A stretch of 64,000 nt of DNA from an uncultured Actinomycetota bacterium (GCA_963753435.1 CAVWCF010000001.1:1216001-1280000); one strand, 5' to 3'; positions 52,662 through 62,966 are shown, numbered from the stretch's first letter. Notes: generated by a model not told the origin, from the sequence alone. Numbers and translations are program-made.

Positions 52662-55304
52662 CTACGACTTCTTGGCCGCCTTCTTGGCGGTCTTCTTCGT
52701 GGCCGACTTGCCGGCGGGCTTGCGAGTGGACTTCTTCGCCGTCCGTTTCGTTGACGGGTTGGCCCGCTTCTCCGCGAGCAGTTCCGCAGCACGCTCCAAG
52801 GTCACCGCCTCCGGGGCGTCGCCCTTGCGCAGCGTGGCGTTGGTTTCCCCATCGGTCACGTAAGGCCCGAATCGGCCTTCCTTCACCACCACCGGCTTTC
52901 CAGTCGCCGGGTCCTCACCCAACTCGCGCAACGGCCCAGCCGCCGCACGACCCCTGGCCTTGGGTTGCGCCAGCAATGCCAGCGCCTCCTCGTTGGTGAT
53001 CGCGAAGATCTGCTCCTCGCTCTCCAGCGAGCGGGTGTCCGAGCCACGCTTGATGTATGGCCCGTACCGGCCGTTGGTCGCCACGATGTCCACACCCTCG
53101 GCGTCCTGGCCCACGAGCCGCGGCTGCGACAACAACCGCACTGCGTCGTCCAACGTCACCGTGTCCAGGCCCATCGAGTCGAACAGCGAAGCCGTCTTGG
53201 GCTTGTCCTTGCTGCCCTCCGCCAGCACCTCGGTCACGTACGGGCCGTACTTGCCGGACTTGGCCAGCAACATTCGCCCGGTCTCCGGATGGGTGCCGAG
53301 TTCCCGGTCGCCGCTGGGGGCGTCCAGCAACTCGATCGCCCTGGCGGGAGTCAATTCGTCCGGTGGCAACTCCTCGGGCACCGAGGCGGTCCGCAGTTCT
53401 CCAGTGGACTCATCCACCTGCTGCAGGTACGGACCGAACTTGCCGACGCGCAGCACAATGCCGTCGGCAATGGGCAATGAGTTGACCGCCTTGGCGTCGA
53501 TCTCGCCAAGGTTGGAGACCATCGGGTGCAACCCCCGGAACCGCTCCGGCTCCCCGTAATAGAAGAGCCTCAGGCTGTCGCGGCGGGCCTCGTCTCCGGA
53601 GGCGATGCGGTCGAGGACCTCCTCCATCTGCGCAGTGAAGTCGTAGTCCACCAACTGGCCGAAGTGCTGCTCCAACAAGCCGACCACGCTGAACGCCACC
53701 CAGGACGGGACCAGGGCGGTGCCGCGCTTGAAGACGTAGCCACGGTCGGTGATGGTGCCGAGGATGGACGCGTACGTGCTCGGCCGGCCGATCCCGCGCT
53801 CCTCCATGGCCCGAACCAGCGTCGCTTCGGTGTACCGCGACGGCGGTGAAGTCTCGTGGCCTTCGGGATTGAGGGTGGCGATCGTCACCGTGTCGCCGAC
53901 GCTCAGCGGCGGCAACCGGCGCTCATCGTCTCCTTCGGCCGGCTCGTCGCGCCCCTCCTCATAGACCGCTAGGAAACCGCGATCGGTGAGCACAGTTCCG
54001 GAGGCGGCGAACTCGACGTCCTCGTCGGCGGCGATGCCACCCAGCCGCAGGGACACGGTCACCCCGGTCGCGTCGTTCATCTGGGACGCGACGGTGCGCT
54101 TCCAGATCAGTTCGTACAGCCGGAACTCGTCGCCGCTCAGCTGGCTGGACAACTCCCCCGGCGTGCGGAACCGGTCGCCGCTGGGCCGGATCGCCTCGTG
54201 CGCCTCCTGCGCGTTCTTGGCCTTGCGTGCGTACTGGCGCGGCGCATCGGGCAGGTTCTGGGCTCCGAAGACCTCCGTCACGGCCGCCCGAGCGGCCGCA
54301 AGCGCCGTGGTCGAAAGCGTGGTCGAGTCGGTGCGCATATAGGTGATGTGACCGTTTTCGTACAGCCGCTGGGCCACCCGCATCGCGGTCTGCGCAGTCA
54401 TGCGCAGCTTGCGGCTGGCCTCCTGCTGAAGCGTCGATGTCATGAACGGCGCCGCGGGCCGCCGCCGGTACGGCTTGTCCTCGACGGACCGGACGGTCAG
54501 GGCCGAACCCTGCAGCGCCGTCGCGAGGGACCTGGCCTTGGTCTCGTCCAGCACCACGATGCCGGCCTTGGCCGCCCCGTCGGAACCGAAATCCCGACCG
54601 GTGGCGACGCGGGTGCCCGCGACGGTGACGAGGCGGGCCGGGAAGGCGCCCGGTTCGCAGAGCGCTTCCAGGTCCCAGTACCCGGCTTGGACGAAGGCGA
54701 TGCGCTCGCGCTCACGTTCGACCACCAAGCGAACAGCGACCGACTGCACGCGACCGGCGGACAGCCGCGGCAACACCTTCTTCCACAGCACGGGGCTTAC
54801 CTCGTACCCGTAGAGACGGTCGATGATGCGGCGGGTCTCCTGTGCGTCCACCAGGTCCTGGTCCAGATCGCGCGTGTTCTGCGCAGCATCCTGGATGGCG
54901 GCCTTGGTGATCTCGTTGAACACCATGCGGCGGACGGGGACCTTCGGCTTGAGCACCTCCAGCAGGTGCCACGCGATCGCTTCGCCTTCGCGGTCCTCGT
55001 CGGTGGCCAGCAGCAGTTCGTCCGCCTCGGCCAGTCGCTGCTTGAGCTCCTTGATCCGGGCCTTCTTCTCCGCGGGCACCACGTACAGCGGCGCGAAGTC
55101 TTCTTCGATGTGGACGCCCAACTTCGCCCACGGCTCCTTCTTCAGGGTGGCCGGAACGTCGGCAGCCCGCTGCGGCAGGTCGCGGATGTGGCCTACCGAG
55201 GCCTGGACCTCGTATCCGGGGCCGAGGTAGCCCTGGATGGTCTTGGCCTTGGCCGGCGACTCCACGATGACGAGGCGGCGGGGAGTGTCGCTTGGGACGG
55301 CCAC
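52662..55304 (-). CDS. topA: DNA topoisomerase I
   Basis: IVESPAK, DEDREGE, SAGRVQS, ITYMRTD, Lys-rich tail. Confidence 0.98.
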   Translation of the reverse strand: MAVPSDTPRRLVIVESPAKAKTIQGYLGPGYEVQASVGHIRDLPQRAADVPATLKKEPWAKLGVHIEEDFAPLYVVPAEKKARIKELKQRLAEADELLLATDEDREGEAIAWHLLEVLKPKVPVRRMVFNEITKAAIQDAAQNTRDLDQDLVDAQETRRIIDRLYGYEVSPVLWKKVLPRLSAGRVQSVAVRLVVERERERIAFVQAGYWDLEALCEPGAFPARLVTVAGTRVATGRDFGSDGAAKAGIVVLDETKARSLATALQGSALTVRSVEDKPYRRRPAAPFMTSTLQQEASRKLRMTAQTAMRVAQRLYENGHITYMRTDSTTLSTTALAAARAAVTEVFGAQNLPDAPRQYARKAKNAQEAHEAIRPSGDRFRTPGELSSQLSGDEFRLYELIWKRTVASQMNDATGVTVSLRLGGIAADEDVEFAASGTVLTDRGFLAVYEEGRDEPAEGDDERRLPPLSVGDTVTIATLNPEGHETSPPSRYTEATLVRAMEERGIGRPSTYASILGTITDRGYVFKRGTALVPSWVAFSVVGLLEQHFGQLVDYDFTAQMEEVLDRIASGDEARRDSLRLFYYGEPERFRGLHPMVSNLGEIDAKAVNSLPIADGIVLRVGKFGPYLQQVDESTGELRTASVPEELPPDELTPARAIELLDAPSGDRELGTHPETGRMLLAKSGKYGPYVTEVLAEGSKDKPKTASLFDSMGLDTVTLDDAVRLLSQPRLVGQDAEGVDIVATNGRYGPYIKRGSDTRSLESEEQIFAITNEEALALLAQPKARGRAAAGPLRELGEDPATGKPVVVKEGRFGPYVTDGETNATLRKGDAPEAVTLERAAELLAEKRANPSTKRTAKKSTRKPAGKSATKKTAKKAAKKS

Positions 55305-55428
55305 GCGTTCCCTTCTTAGAGCACTAGTGGGCGGCGGTAGGGGACAGTAGACGGATGCCGGTTGTCAAACGGCGGCGACCGGGCTGGTCCGCCTGCCCCG
55401 TAGGGGCAGACCCCGGCGCGTCGCGGCC

Positions 55429-56481
55429 TCAGAGTTGCCGAGGGTTGGCCGCGAAGAAGTCCAACATGAGCGCGTTGGCGTCGATCGTGGCCGTGGTCAA
55501 GCCGCAGCATTCCTCACGAGCGGCTGCCGCAGCTCCCGGCCAGGTGTGCCCTCCCTCGGCGATCGAATACTGCTGCACGTCCACGCCGGCGCAGCCGTCC
55601 CAGTCCCGCAGGCTCACATCCGGCGGGGTCTCGGTGTCGGCGAAGTCACCACAACTGGCTCGCTGGGCCCAGGCCGCAGCCACCTCCATGGCGGGCCCGT
55701 TGTAGAAGTCGCCGTTCTCCGGCGCTTCGGCGATCCCGTCGTAGGACACGAAGAAGTCGGCCGTCCCGTGGAAACCCAGGTAGGCGACGGGCCGCCCCTC
55801 CGGGCAGGGCCGGACCAGGTTCGCGCCCGCGATCGGCGCGATGCCGGCCACGACGTCGGAGCTGCAGGCCAACCATGCTGGGAAAGCACCGCCGGCGGAG
55901 ATGCCGGTCGCGTAGACACCGTTCAGGTCCAGACAGGCGATGCCACCCACTTCGGCCAGCAGCGCTTCGACGAACGCGACGTCGTCGGCAGGGGTTTCAA
56001 AGCCGGGCACATTCCAGGCGGCGGGCAACTCCCCCTGCGGAGTAGTGCGCGACAAGCCCTGCGGGGTGAGAACGGCGAACCCACGGGCGTTGGCGTCGGC
56101 CACGAGGCCGGTGTACTGCTCAATGTCGTCGATGGTCCCGCCGGTTCCGTGGAACAGCAGGATGACCTTTGTCGGCTCATCTGCGGAGTAGTCGGACGGC
56201 GCGGTGAATCGATAGGCCCTGGAAACCTCTTGGTCCTCCAGCGTGGCCTCGTATGCCTGTCCCGGCTGGATCTGCCCGGTCGCCGACCCGCACCCCGCGG
56301 ATGCGGCCGCCACCGCGGTGGTATCGGGATCGCCCTTGGTGGCATCCGTTGTGGTGGAGCCCTCAGTCGCAGTAGCCCGGAAGCCGAACACGGCCGCAGC
56401 CAGCACGGCCAGACCAACAAGGCCGAACAACCACGAGGTCCGGGCGTCACCGCCGAACGGGCTGGCAGGGTTGCGGGACAC
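55429..56481 (-). CDS. Exported esterase (LpqC/PHB depolymerase-like)
   Basis: N-terminal TM, FHG, GISAG, HGTAD, GGHTWPG. Confidence 0.85.
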   Translation of the reverse strand: MSRNPASPFGGDARTSWLFGLVGLAVLAAAVFGFRATATEGSTTTDATKGDPDTTAVAAASAGCGSATGQIQPGQAYEATLEDQEVSRAYRFTAPSDYSADEPTKVILLFHGTGGTIDDIEQYTGLVADANARGFAVLTPQGLSRTTPQGELPAAWNVPGFETPADDVAFVEALLAEVGGIACLDLNGVYATGISAGGAFPAWLACSSDVVAGIAPIAGANLVRPCPEGRPVAYLGFHGTADFFVSYDGIAEAPENGDFYNGPAMEVAAAWAQRASCGDFADTETPPDVSLRDWDGCAGVDVQQYSIAEGGHTWPGAAAAAREECCGLTTATIDANALMLDFFAANPRQL

Positions 56482-56497
56482 GCGAAGAGCATAGGTA

Positions 56498-56537
56498 GCA
56501 GTGGGCGCCCCGGCCCTTCGGCCGGGGCGCCCACTGC
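56498..56537 (-). terminator. Perfect 18-bp hairpin after hppA
   Basis: gcagtgggcgccccggcc-cttc-ggccggggcgcccactgc. Confidence 0.8.
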
Positions 56538-56570
56538 AATTTGGCTTAGCGGATCACCACGATCAGTGAC

Positions 56571-58895
56571 TTAGGACTTGGCGTCCACCCGATCGGCTTG
56601 GTCGCCCACGGAGATCGGCCGGCGCTTGGAAATCCAGACCGAAACAACAACGATCAGCACAGCAGCCCCGGCGATCAGCCAGCGAAGCGCATCGTTCTTG
56701 TCCTCGCCGATAGTCAGCTGAACAGCCAGCGGGGCCACGAGCAGAGCCACCAGGTTCATCACCTTCAGCAATGGGTTGATGGCCGGGCCAGCGGTGTCCT
56801 TGAACGGATCGCCAACTGTGTCACCGATGACGGTGGCGTCGTGCGCATCGCTGCCCTTGCCGCCGAAGTGGCCATCCTCAACATGCTTCTTGGCGTTGTC
56901 CCAGGCGCCACCGGAGTTGGCCAAGAAGACCGCCATGAGCACGCCGGAGGCGATCGCGCCGGCCAGGAACGCGCCCAGGGCACCGATGCCGATGGAGAAG
57001 GCCACTGCGATCGGGGTGAGCACGGCCAACAGGGCCGGTGTGGCCAACTCGCGAAGCGAGTCACGGGTGCAGATGTCCACGACCTTGCCGTACTCCGGCT
57101 TGGCGGTGCCTTCCATGATCCCGGGGATCTCGCGGAACTGGCGACGCACCTCGAAGATGATGGCGCCAGCGGCGCGGGAAACCGCGTTGATCGCCAGGGC
57201 CGAAAAGAGGAACACGACCGAGCCGCCGATGATCAGGCCGACAAGCGTGTTGGGCTGGCTGATGTTGAGGCTGAAGTTCAAGAACTCCGTACCCGTCAGT
57301 TCGTCCAACTCAAATCCTGCGTCGCGCAAGGCCTCAGCCACCGCGGTGTTGAACGACCCGAACAGCGCCGTCGCGGCCAGCACGGCCGTCGCGATGGCGA
57401 TGCCCTTGGTGATGGCCTTGGTGGAGTTACCGATCTGGTCCAGCTTGGTCAGGATGACCGCCCCCTCGCCCTGCACATCGCCAGACATCTCCGCGATGCC
57501 CTGGGCGTTGTCGCTGACCGGGCCGAAGGTGTCCATCGAGACGATGACCCCGACCGTGGTGAGCAGGCCGGTACCCGCCAGGGCCACAGCGAAGAGCGAC
57601 AAGAGGATGACCCCGCCACCGAGCAGGTAGGCGGCGTAGACCGCCGACCCGATGAGGAGCGCGGAGTAGACCGCGGACTCCAACCCCAGCGAGATGCCGG
57701 ACAGGATCACCGTGGCCGGGCCGGTGAGCGAGGTCTTGGCGACGTCGTCCACGGGACGGCGGCCGGTCTCGGTGAAGTACGCGGTCAACTGCTGAATCAC
57801 AACCGCGAGCACGACACCGACGAGCACCGCCAGCAGTGCGAACAGGCGCGGGTCGCCACCAAGGCTGGCGATTTCCTCCGGGGCGCCGGACAACTCCGAG
57901 TAGGTGCTGGGCAGGTACGTGTACGTCAGCGCCACGACACCGGCCACGGAAATGAGTGCCGACAAGAAGAAGCCCCGGTTGATCGCGGTCATGCCGGAGC
58001 GGTCATTCGGGCTGGGGCGCACCGCAAAGATGCCGATCACCGCGGTGACCACGCCGATGGCCGGTACGGCCAGCGGGAACACCAAGCCCTCGGTACCGAA
58101 GGCCACCGAGCCCAGGATCAGGGCCGCGACCAGGGTCACGGCGTAGGACTCGAACAGGTCCGCGGCCATCCCAGCGCAGTCGCCGACGTTGTCACCGACG
58201 TTGTCAGCGATCGTGGCGGCGTTGCGGGGGTCGTCCTCGGGGATGCCCTGCTCGACCTTGCCGACCAGGTCTGCACCTACGTCGGCGGCCTTGGTGAAGA
58301 TGCCGCCGCCGACACGCATGAACATGGCCAGCAGCGCCGCACCGAAGCCGAAGCCCTCAAGGACCTTGGGCGCTTCGCCCTGGTAAACCAGCACGACGAT
58401 CGCGGCACCGAGGAGGCCGAGGCCGACGGTGAACATGCCCGCCACACCACCGGTGCGGAAGGCGATCCGGGTGGCGGCCAGTTCGCCGCTTGTCCGGGCA
58501 GCTGCCGCGACACGCACGTTGCCGCGAACCGCCAGCCACATGCCGGTGTAACCGGTGACGGCGGAGAACAAGGCCCCGACGAGGAAGAAGATCGACCGGC
58601 CCAGGCGCTCACTGTTGGAGTCGGCCGGGAGCAGGAACAGCAGTCCGAAGATGATCACGGCGAACGGCAGGATCGTGCGGAACTGCCGGTTCAGATAGGC
58701 GGCCGCACCCTCCTGCACGCCCTTGGCGATCTCTTTCATGCGGTCGGTGCCCTCATCGGCGGCCAATACCTCGCGGGCCAGCAGGCCCGCAACGCCCAAG
58801 GCCAGAGCCGCGATGATCGCGGCAATGATGACCAGGGTGAGGTTGGTTCCGGTGAGCGACACCTCGTCGCTGATGGCGACGATGGCTGCGGACAT
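56571..58895 (-). CDS. hppA: Membrane-bound H+-translocating pyrophosphatase (K+-independent signature)
   Basis: DVGADLVGKVE, DNVGDNVGD, GNSTKA, GDTVGDPFKD. Confidence 0.95.
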   Translation of the reverse strand: MSAAIVAISDEVSLTGTNLTLVIIAAIIAALALGVAGLLAREVLAADEGTDRMKEIAKGVQEGAAAYLNRQFRTILPFAVIIFGLLFLLPADSNSERLGRSIFFLVGALFSAVTGYTGMWLAVRGNVRVAAAARTSGELAATRIAFRTGGVAGMFTVGLGLLGAAIVVLVYQGEAPKVLEGFGFGAALLAMFMRVGGGIFTKAADVGADLVGKVEQGIPEDDPRNAATIADNVGDNVGDCAGMAADLFESYAVTLVAALILGSVAFGTEGLVFPLAVPAIGVVTAVIGIFAVRPSPNDRSGMTAINRGFFLSALISVAGVVALTYTYLPSTYSELSGAPEEIASLGGDPRLFALLAVLVGVVLAVVIQQLTAYFTETGRRPVDDVAKTSLTGPATVILSGISLGLESAVYSALLIGSAVYAAYLLGGGVILLSLFAVALAGTGLLTTVGVIVSMDTFGPVSDNAQGIAEMSGDVQGEGAVILTKLDQIGNSTKAITKGIAIATAVLAATALFGSFNTAVAEALRDAGFELDELTGTEFLNFSLNISQPNTLVGLIIGGSVVFLFSALAINAVSRAAGAIIFEVRRQFREIPGIMEGTAKPEYGKVVDICTRDSLRELATPALLAVLTPIAVAFSIGIGALGAFLAGAIASGVLMAVFLANSGGAWDNAKKHVEDGHFGGKGSDAHDATVIGDTVGDPFKDTAGPAINPLLKVMNLVALLVAPLAVQLTIGEDKNDALRWLIAGAAVLIVVVSVWISKRRPISVGDQADRVDAKS

Positions 58896-59002
58896 GGGGG
58901 TCCTCTCCACGTGTCTTTATCGGCGCAGGCGGCAACACTGCCCTGCGAGTTTCGGATCACCCGGCTCAGCCGGGTAGGTCGGCGGCGGAGTCTAGCCGCC
59001 GC

Positions 59003-59416
59003 TCAGGAGCGGCTTGGCAACGGCCAGGACATGCGGATGCGCGTGCCGGTGCCGGTGTCGGTGACCTCCAGGTCCTCCACCAACCCGCGCAGCACTGCGA
59101 CGCCAAGGCCCTCGGTCAGATCCACTCCGAACAGGTCGTCGTGGTCGGCCGCGGGCGGGACCGCGCCGGAGCCGCCGGAATCCTCCACAGCTGCCACGAA
59201 CTCCTGGTCGTGCTCAAGTAGCAGGCGCACCGGTACGTCAGCGTCGGCTAGCGCCTGGACGGCGACGGCCCGCGCGCACGCCTCGCCGACCGCCAGGCGG
59301 ACTTCTTCGACCAACTCATCGGGAAGCTCCAAGCGGCGGGCCAAGGCCGTCGCTACTGCCCGAGCGGTGGCGACGTGCCCCGGCTCGGGGGGAAGGTTCA
59401 GGGAGACGACACCCAT
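59003..59416 (-). CDS. RsbW-like anti-sigma factor (HATPase_c)
   Basis: VRLAVGEAC, VEDSG, GLGVAVLRGLV; follows the STAS gene. Confidence 0.85.
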   Translation of the reverse strand: MGVVSLNLPPEPGHVATARAVATALARRLELPDELVEEVRLAVGEACARAVAVQALADADVPVRLLLEHDQEFVAAVEDSGGSGAVPPAADHDDLFGVDLTEGLGVAVLRGLVEDLEVTDTGTGTRIRMSWPLPSRS

Positions 59417-59433
59417 GGCTTCGGTCGCTCCGG

Positions 59434-59775
59434 TCAGGACTCGACCGCGCCGAGCGCGGTCGGCAGGTCCGGGTGGATGTTGAGGACGCCGAGCAGCCCG
59501 GCCAGCTTGAAGGGCCGTTCGACGCGGTCGGAGCCGATCGCCAGGGCGAGCCGTCCGCCGCCGTCGCTCAGGCGTTGGTGGGTGGCCACGATCACGCCGA
59601 GGCCGGTGGAGTCGATGAAGTCCAGGCCGGACAGGTCCACGACCAGCCCCGCTTCGGCCGGCTCGGCGTCAAGCGCCTCGCGCAGCCGCGGCGCGGTGTA
59701 CACGTCCAGTTCGCCGGTGGCGGTGATCACCGCCGGTCCGGACGGACTGTCCTCACGATGCACCTGCAGGTTCAA
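59434..59775 (-). CDS. STAS anti-anti-sigma factor (BldG/RsbV-like)
   Basis: GELDVYTAPRLRE, FIDSTGLGV; GGAGG RBS before TTG. Confidence 0.9.
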   Translation of the reverse strand: MNLQVHREDSPSGPAVITATGELDVYTAPRLREALDAEPAEAGLVVDLSGLDFIDSTGLGVIVATHQRLSDGGGRLALAIGSDRVERPFKLAGLLGVLNIHPDLPTALGAVES

Positions 59776-59838
59776 GTAGGGCCTCCTCCGCGCGGTCAAG
59801 TGAACCATCCGACGGCGGCCAAGGGGAGAATCACGGCG

Positions 59839-62160
59839 ATGTCCCCTTCCGAAAGTCGACCTGCACAGCCGGTGTTGGACGTGCTCGCCGAAGGGCGCTC
59901 CGAGCGGTTGGTGCACGTTCGGCACGTCCCCGGCCGGGTGGGCGAATTCGCTGACTGGCCGGGTTGGCTGGACCCGCAGGTGCTGTGGTCCATGCAGGCA
60001 CGCGGGATCGAGCGGCCGTGGCGGCATCAGGCCGAGGCAGCCGACGCCGCCTGGTCCGGTCGCGACACCGTCTTGTCCACCGGCACTGCCTCCGGCAAGT
60101 CCCTGGCGTACTTGATGCCGGTGTTGACCGCCCTGCGAAATGGGCGGCCGAACGCACCGGGGCGGGCCGCCGACCGGGGGACGGCCATCTACTTGGCACC
60201 GACCAAGGCGCTGGCCGCGGACCAGTTGAGTCTGGTGCAACGACTCGAGGTACCCGGAATCGTCCCGGCAGCGGTCGACGGTGACGCCAACGCCGAGGAG
60301 CGGACGTGGGCCCGGCAGCACGCCAACTACCTGCTGTCCAACCCCGACATGCTGCATCGGTCGTTGCTGCCCGGGCATCGTTCCTGGGAGCGCTTGTGGC
60401 GCCGCCTTGCGTTCGTGGTCGTTGATGAGGCGCACGTCTACCGCGGGGTGTTCGGCTCCGGAGTAGCGGCGACGCTGCGGCGATTGCGACGGGTGGCCGC
60501 CAGCTATGGAGCTGACCCCGTGTTCGTGCTGGCGTCGGCCACGATGGCGCAGCCGGAGGTGCTTGCTGAGCGCCTGATCGGCCGATCGGTCCACGCGGTG
60601 ACTGCGGACGGCTCCCCAGCCGGCGGACTGCAGTTGGCGGTTTGGCGGCCGCCCGACCTGGCCAAACGCGGCGAGAAGGGCGCCCCGGTCCGGCGGGGTG
60701 TGGTTGCCGAGACCGCCGAACTGCTGGCCGACCTGGTCAGCGCCGACGTGCAGACGTTGGCGTTCGTGCGGTCTCGCCGGGCTGCCGAGGCGGTGGCTGC
60801 GGTGGCAGCGGAGACGGTGGCCGAAGCCGATCCGCAACTGCGCGACCGGGTCGCCGCCTACCGCGGCGGGTTCCTGCCCGAGGAGCGCCGGGCGTTGGAG
60901 AACGAGTTGCGCCAGCGGACTCTGCTCGGCGTGGCCACCACCTCCGCCCTGGAACTGGGGGTCGACCTGCCCGGTGTTGACGCCGTCCTGGTGGCCGGCT
61001 GGCCCGGCACCCACTCCTCGCTGCGGCAGCAGGCCGGGCGCGCCGGTCGCACCGGGCAGGAGTCGGTCGCGGTGTTCGTCGCCCGAGATGAGCCGTTGGA
61101 CTCCTACTTCCTGGCGCACCCGGATGCCCTTTGGGACTCCCGGATCGAGACGACGGTGGTGGACCCGGACAACCCGTACGTCCTGGCCGGCCACCTCATG
61201 GCCGCGGCGGCGGAACTGCCGATAACGGCTGCCGACTTGCCGCTCTTCGGCCCGGGAACTGCCGAACTCCTGGACCGGCTCAGTGCGCAGGGGAACCTAC
61301 GAAGGCGGGACACCGGATGGTTCTGGACGGGTCGGGGGCGGCCGGTCGACGCGGTTGACCTGCGCGGCTCCGGGCAGACGGTCCGGGTGGCGGAAGCCGA
61401 CACGGGAAGGCTGCTGGGGACAGTTGCCGCTGGTTCTGCTGATCGCACGGTCCATCCCGGCGCCGTGTACGTGCACCAAGGCGCGGCGTTCCGAGTCGAT
61501 TCCCTGGATCAGGACGCCGCCGTTGCGATCGCCCGCCCGGATGAGTCCGGCGAGTCGACCACGGCCCGAGTCGTGACGGACCTGCGCGTTCTGGGCGAAC
61601 GCGAACGGAGCCGACTGGGCCTGGCCGATCTCGTGCTCGGCGAGGTCGAGGTGACCAGCCAGGTCGTGTCGTACCTGATTCGGCGAGCCGACACCGGCGA
61701 AGTGCTGGGGGAACGGCCCTTGGACCTGCCGGAACGTTCGCTGCGCACCGTGGCGGTCTGGTGGACGCTGCCGGAGGCACTGCGACAGCGGGCCACCGTC
61801 GCCGATGACGCACTAGCGGGCGCCGCACACGCCGCCGAGCACGCGGCAATCGGCCTGCTGCCGCTGTTCGCAACCTGCGACCGGTGGGACATCGGCGGCC
61901 TGTCCACTGCCGCCCACCCGGACACGGGGACGGCGACCGTCTTCGTGCACGACGGCCATCCCGGCGGCGCGGGCTTTGCCGAACGCGGGTTCCACACCGC
62001 TAGGCAGTGGCTTCGGGCAACCGCGGATCTGGTCACCGAATGCCGATGCCAGCATGGCTGTCCGGCGTGCGTGCAGTCACCCAAGTGCGGCAACGGCAAC
62101 GACCCCCTGGATAAGGCCGCCGCAGCCGCACTCCTGCAGGCCTTGCTGGCGGCCGACTAG
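59839..62160 (+). CDS. DEAH-box helicase with DUF1998 (SftH/MrfA family)
   Basis: TGTASGKS, DEAH, QQAGRAGR, CxCxxGCPACVQSPKC. Confidence 0.93.
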   Translation: MSPSESRPAQPVLDVLAEGRSERLVHVRHVPGRVGEFADWPGWLDPQVLWSMQARGIERPWRHQAEAADAAWSGRDTVLSTGTASGKSLAYLMPVLTALRNGRPNAPGRAADRGTAIYLAPTKALAADQLSLVQRLEVPGIVPAAVDGDANAEERTWARQHANYLLSNPDMLHRSLLPGHRSWERLWRRLAFVVVDEAHVYRGVFGSGVAATLRRLRRVAASYGADPVFVLASATMAQPEVLAERLIGRSVHAVTADGSPAGGLQLAVWRPPDLAKRGEKGAPVRRGVVAETAELLADLVSADVQTLAFVRSRRAAEAVAAVAAETVAEADPQLRDRVAAYRGGFLPEERRALENELRQRTLLGVATTSALELGVDLPGVDAVLVAGWPGTHSSLRQQAGRAGRTGQESVAVFVARDEPLDSYFLAHPDALWDSRIETTVVDPDNPYVLAGHLMAAAAELPITAADLPLFGPGTAELLDRLSAQGNLRRRDTGWFWTGRGRPVDAVDLRGSGQTVRVAEADTGRLLGTVAAGSADRTVHPGAVYVHQGAAFRVDSLDQDAAVAIARPDESGESTTARVVTDLRVLGERERSRLGLADLVLGEVEVTSQVVSYLIRRADTGEVLGERPLDLPERSLRTVAVWWTLPEALRQRATVADDALAGAAHAAEHAAIGLLPLFATCDRWDIGGLSTAAHPDTGTATVFVHDGHPGGAGFAERGFHTARQWLRATADLVTECRCQHGCPACVQSPKCGNGNDPLDKAAAAALLQALLAAD

Positions 62161-62183
62161 CGCTGATTCCAGTCTCGGTGGCC

Positions 62184-62610
62184 TCAACCACCGGGGACAG
62201 CTTCGGCAACCCGCCGAACCTCCCCACCCCACGGCAAGGCGACGGCGACCTCGACGCGGCTGCGCGACGAGTCGGCCCGGCAGGCAAGCAGCCGTGCGCC
62301 GTTGGCCGCCGCTACCCGTTCCCCCAAACCGCAGGCATCAGCAGGACCCCCGACGATTTCGCCCGGGCCGACCTGGCCTCGTGCCGACTTGACCCGTGCC
62401 GACTTGACCCGTGCGGTCGGCAACAGCCAGAGCCGCCAGGTCCGCAGCGGTTCTGGCTCGCTGACCAGACCCGGCCAAGCCGACACCGGTCGCCAGGGCC
62501 GTGGCCAGCAGCACCAAGGCCATGGCGAAGGCCAGCACCAGCACCGTGGCGGAACCGTCCTCGGCGCGGATCAGTTTCTGGCAATGGCGCTTGGGCCCGT
62601 GCGGCTTCAT
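62184..62610 (-). CDS. Rv3654c-like Tad pseudopilin, +1 frameshift at ~62379
   Basis: DGSATV..TM..AADLAALA; C-terminus AC..NGARLLAC in the shifted frame. Confidence 0.75.
62380..62414. repeat. 15-bp in-frame tandem repeat (TGQVG units)
   Basis: cgtgccgacttgacc x2 plus partial and degenerate copies. Confidence 0.8.
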
Positions 62611-62966
62611 CTGGCCTCCGCGGCCACCGCGGCCGTGCCAACCACTTCGCGGATCGGGGCCACCCGGCCGAGCAGCCCGGACCACCCCAAGGGCCGACGC
62701 ACCTCGACGACCACAAGGCCGGCATCGCCGCGCGCATCAACCGCAACTCCCGGCCAACGGCGGGCGAGGTCCTGACTCACCGCGTCGATCGACCCACCTC
62801 GAGCCAGTTCGCGTGCGGTTGACCTGGCCGCTTCGTCGACCGCGATGTTCGCCGACAGCAGTGCGAGTAGCCCGGCCAGCAGCAGCGTCACCAAGGCCAG
62901 CACCGGCAACACGACCGCCGTCTCAGCGGTCACCGTGCCCGGGTCCGCCCGGACTGCGACTCGCAA
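62607..62966 (-). CDS. TadE-like pseudopilin
   Basis: GTVTAETAVVLP, EAAR..ARELARG; start uncertain. Confidence 0.8.
   Translation of the reverse strand: MRVAVRADPGTVTAETAVVLPVLALVTLLLAGLLALLSANIAVDEAARSTARELARGGSIDAVSQDLARRWPGVAVDARGDAGLVVVEVRRPLGWSGLLGRVAPIREVVGTAAVAAEAR

Noticed and set aside
52662-52750. Lys/Ala-rich repeats at the topA C-terminus
   Set aside because: Known, ordinary feature of actinobacterial TopA.
56598-59483. 961-aa plus-strand ORF, and similar long antisense ORFs over clpC, ftsH and dacB
   Set aside because: Shadow frames of high-GC genes with no recognisable motifs.
59434-61194. 586-aa ORF ending in a STAS domain
   Set aside because: Only the last ~113 aa are real (RBS plus TTG at 59775); the rest is antisense to the helicase.
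59839-62160. DUF1998 helicase as part of a DISARM-type defence system
   Set aside because: Stand-alone at its usual position between the bldG-like and tad genes, with no defence partners nearby.
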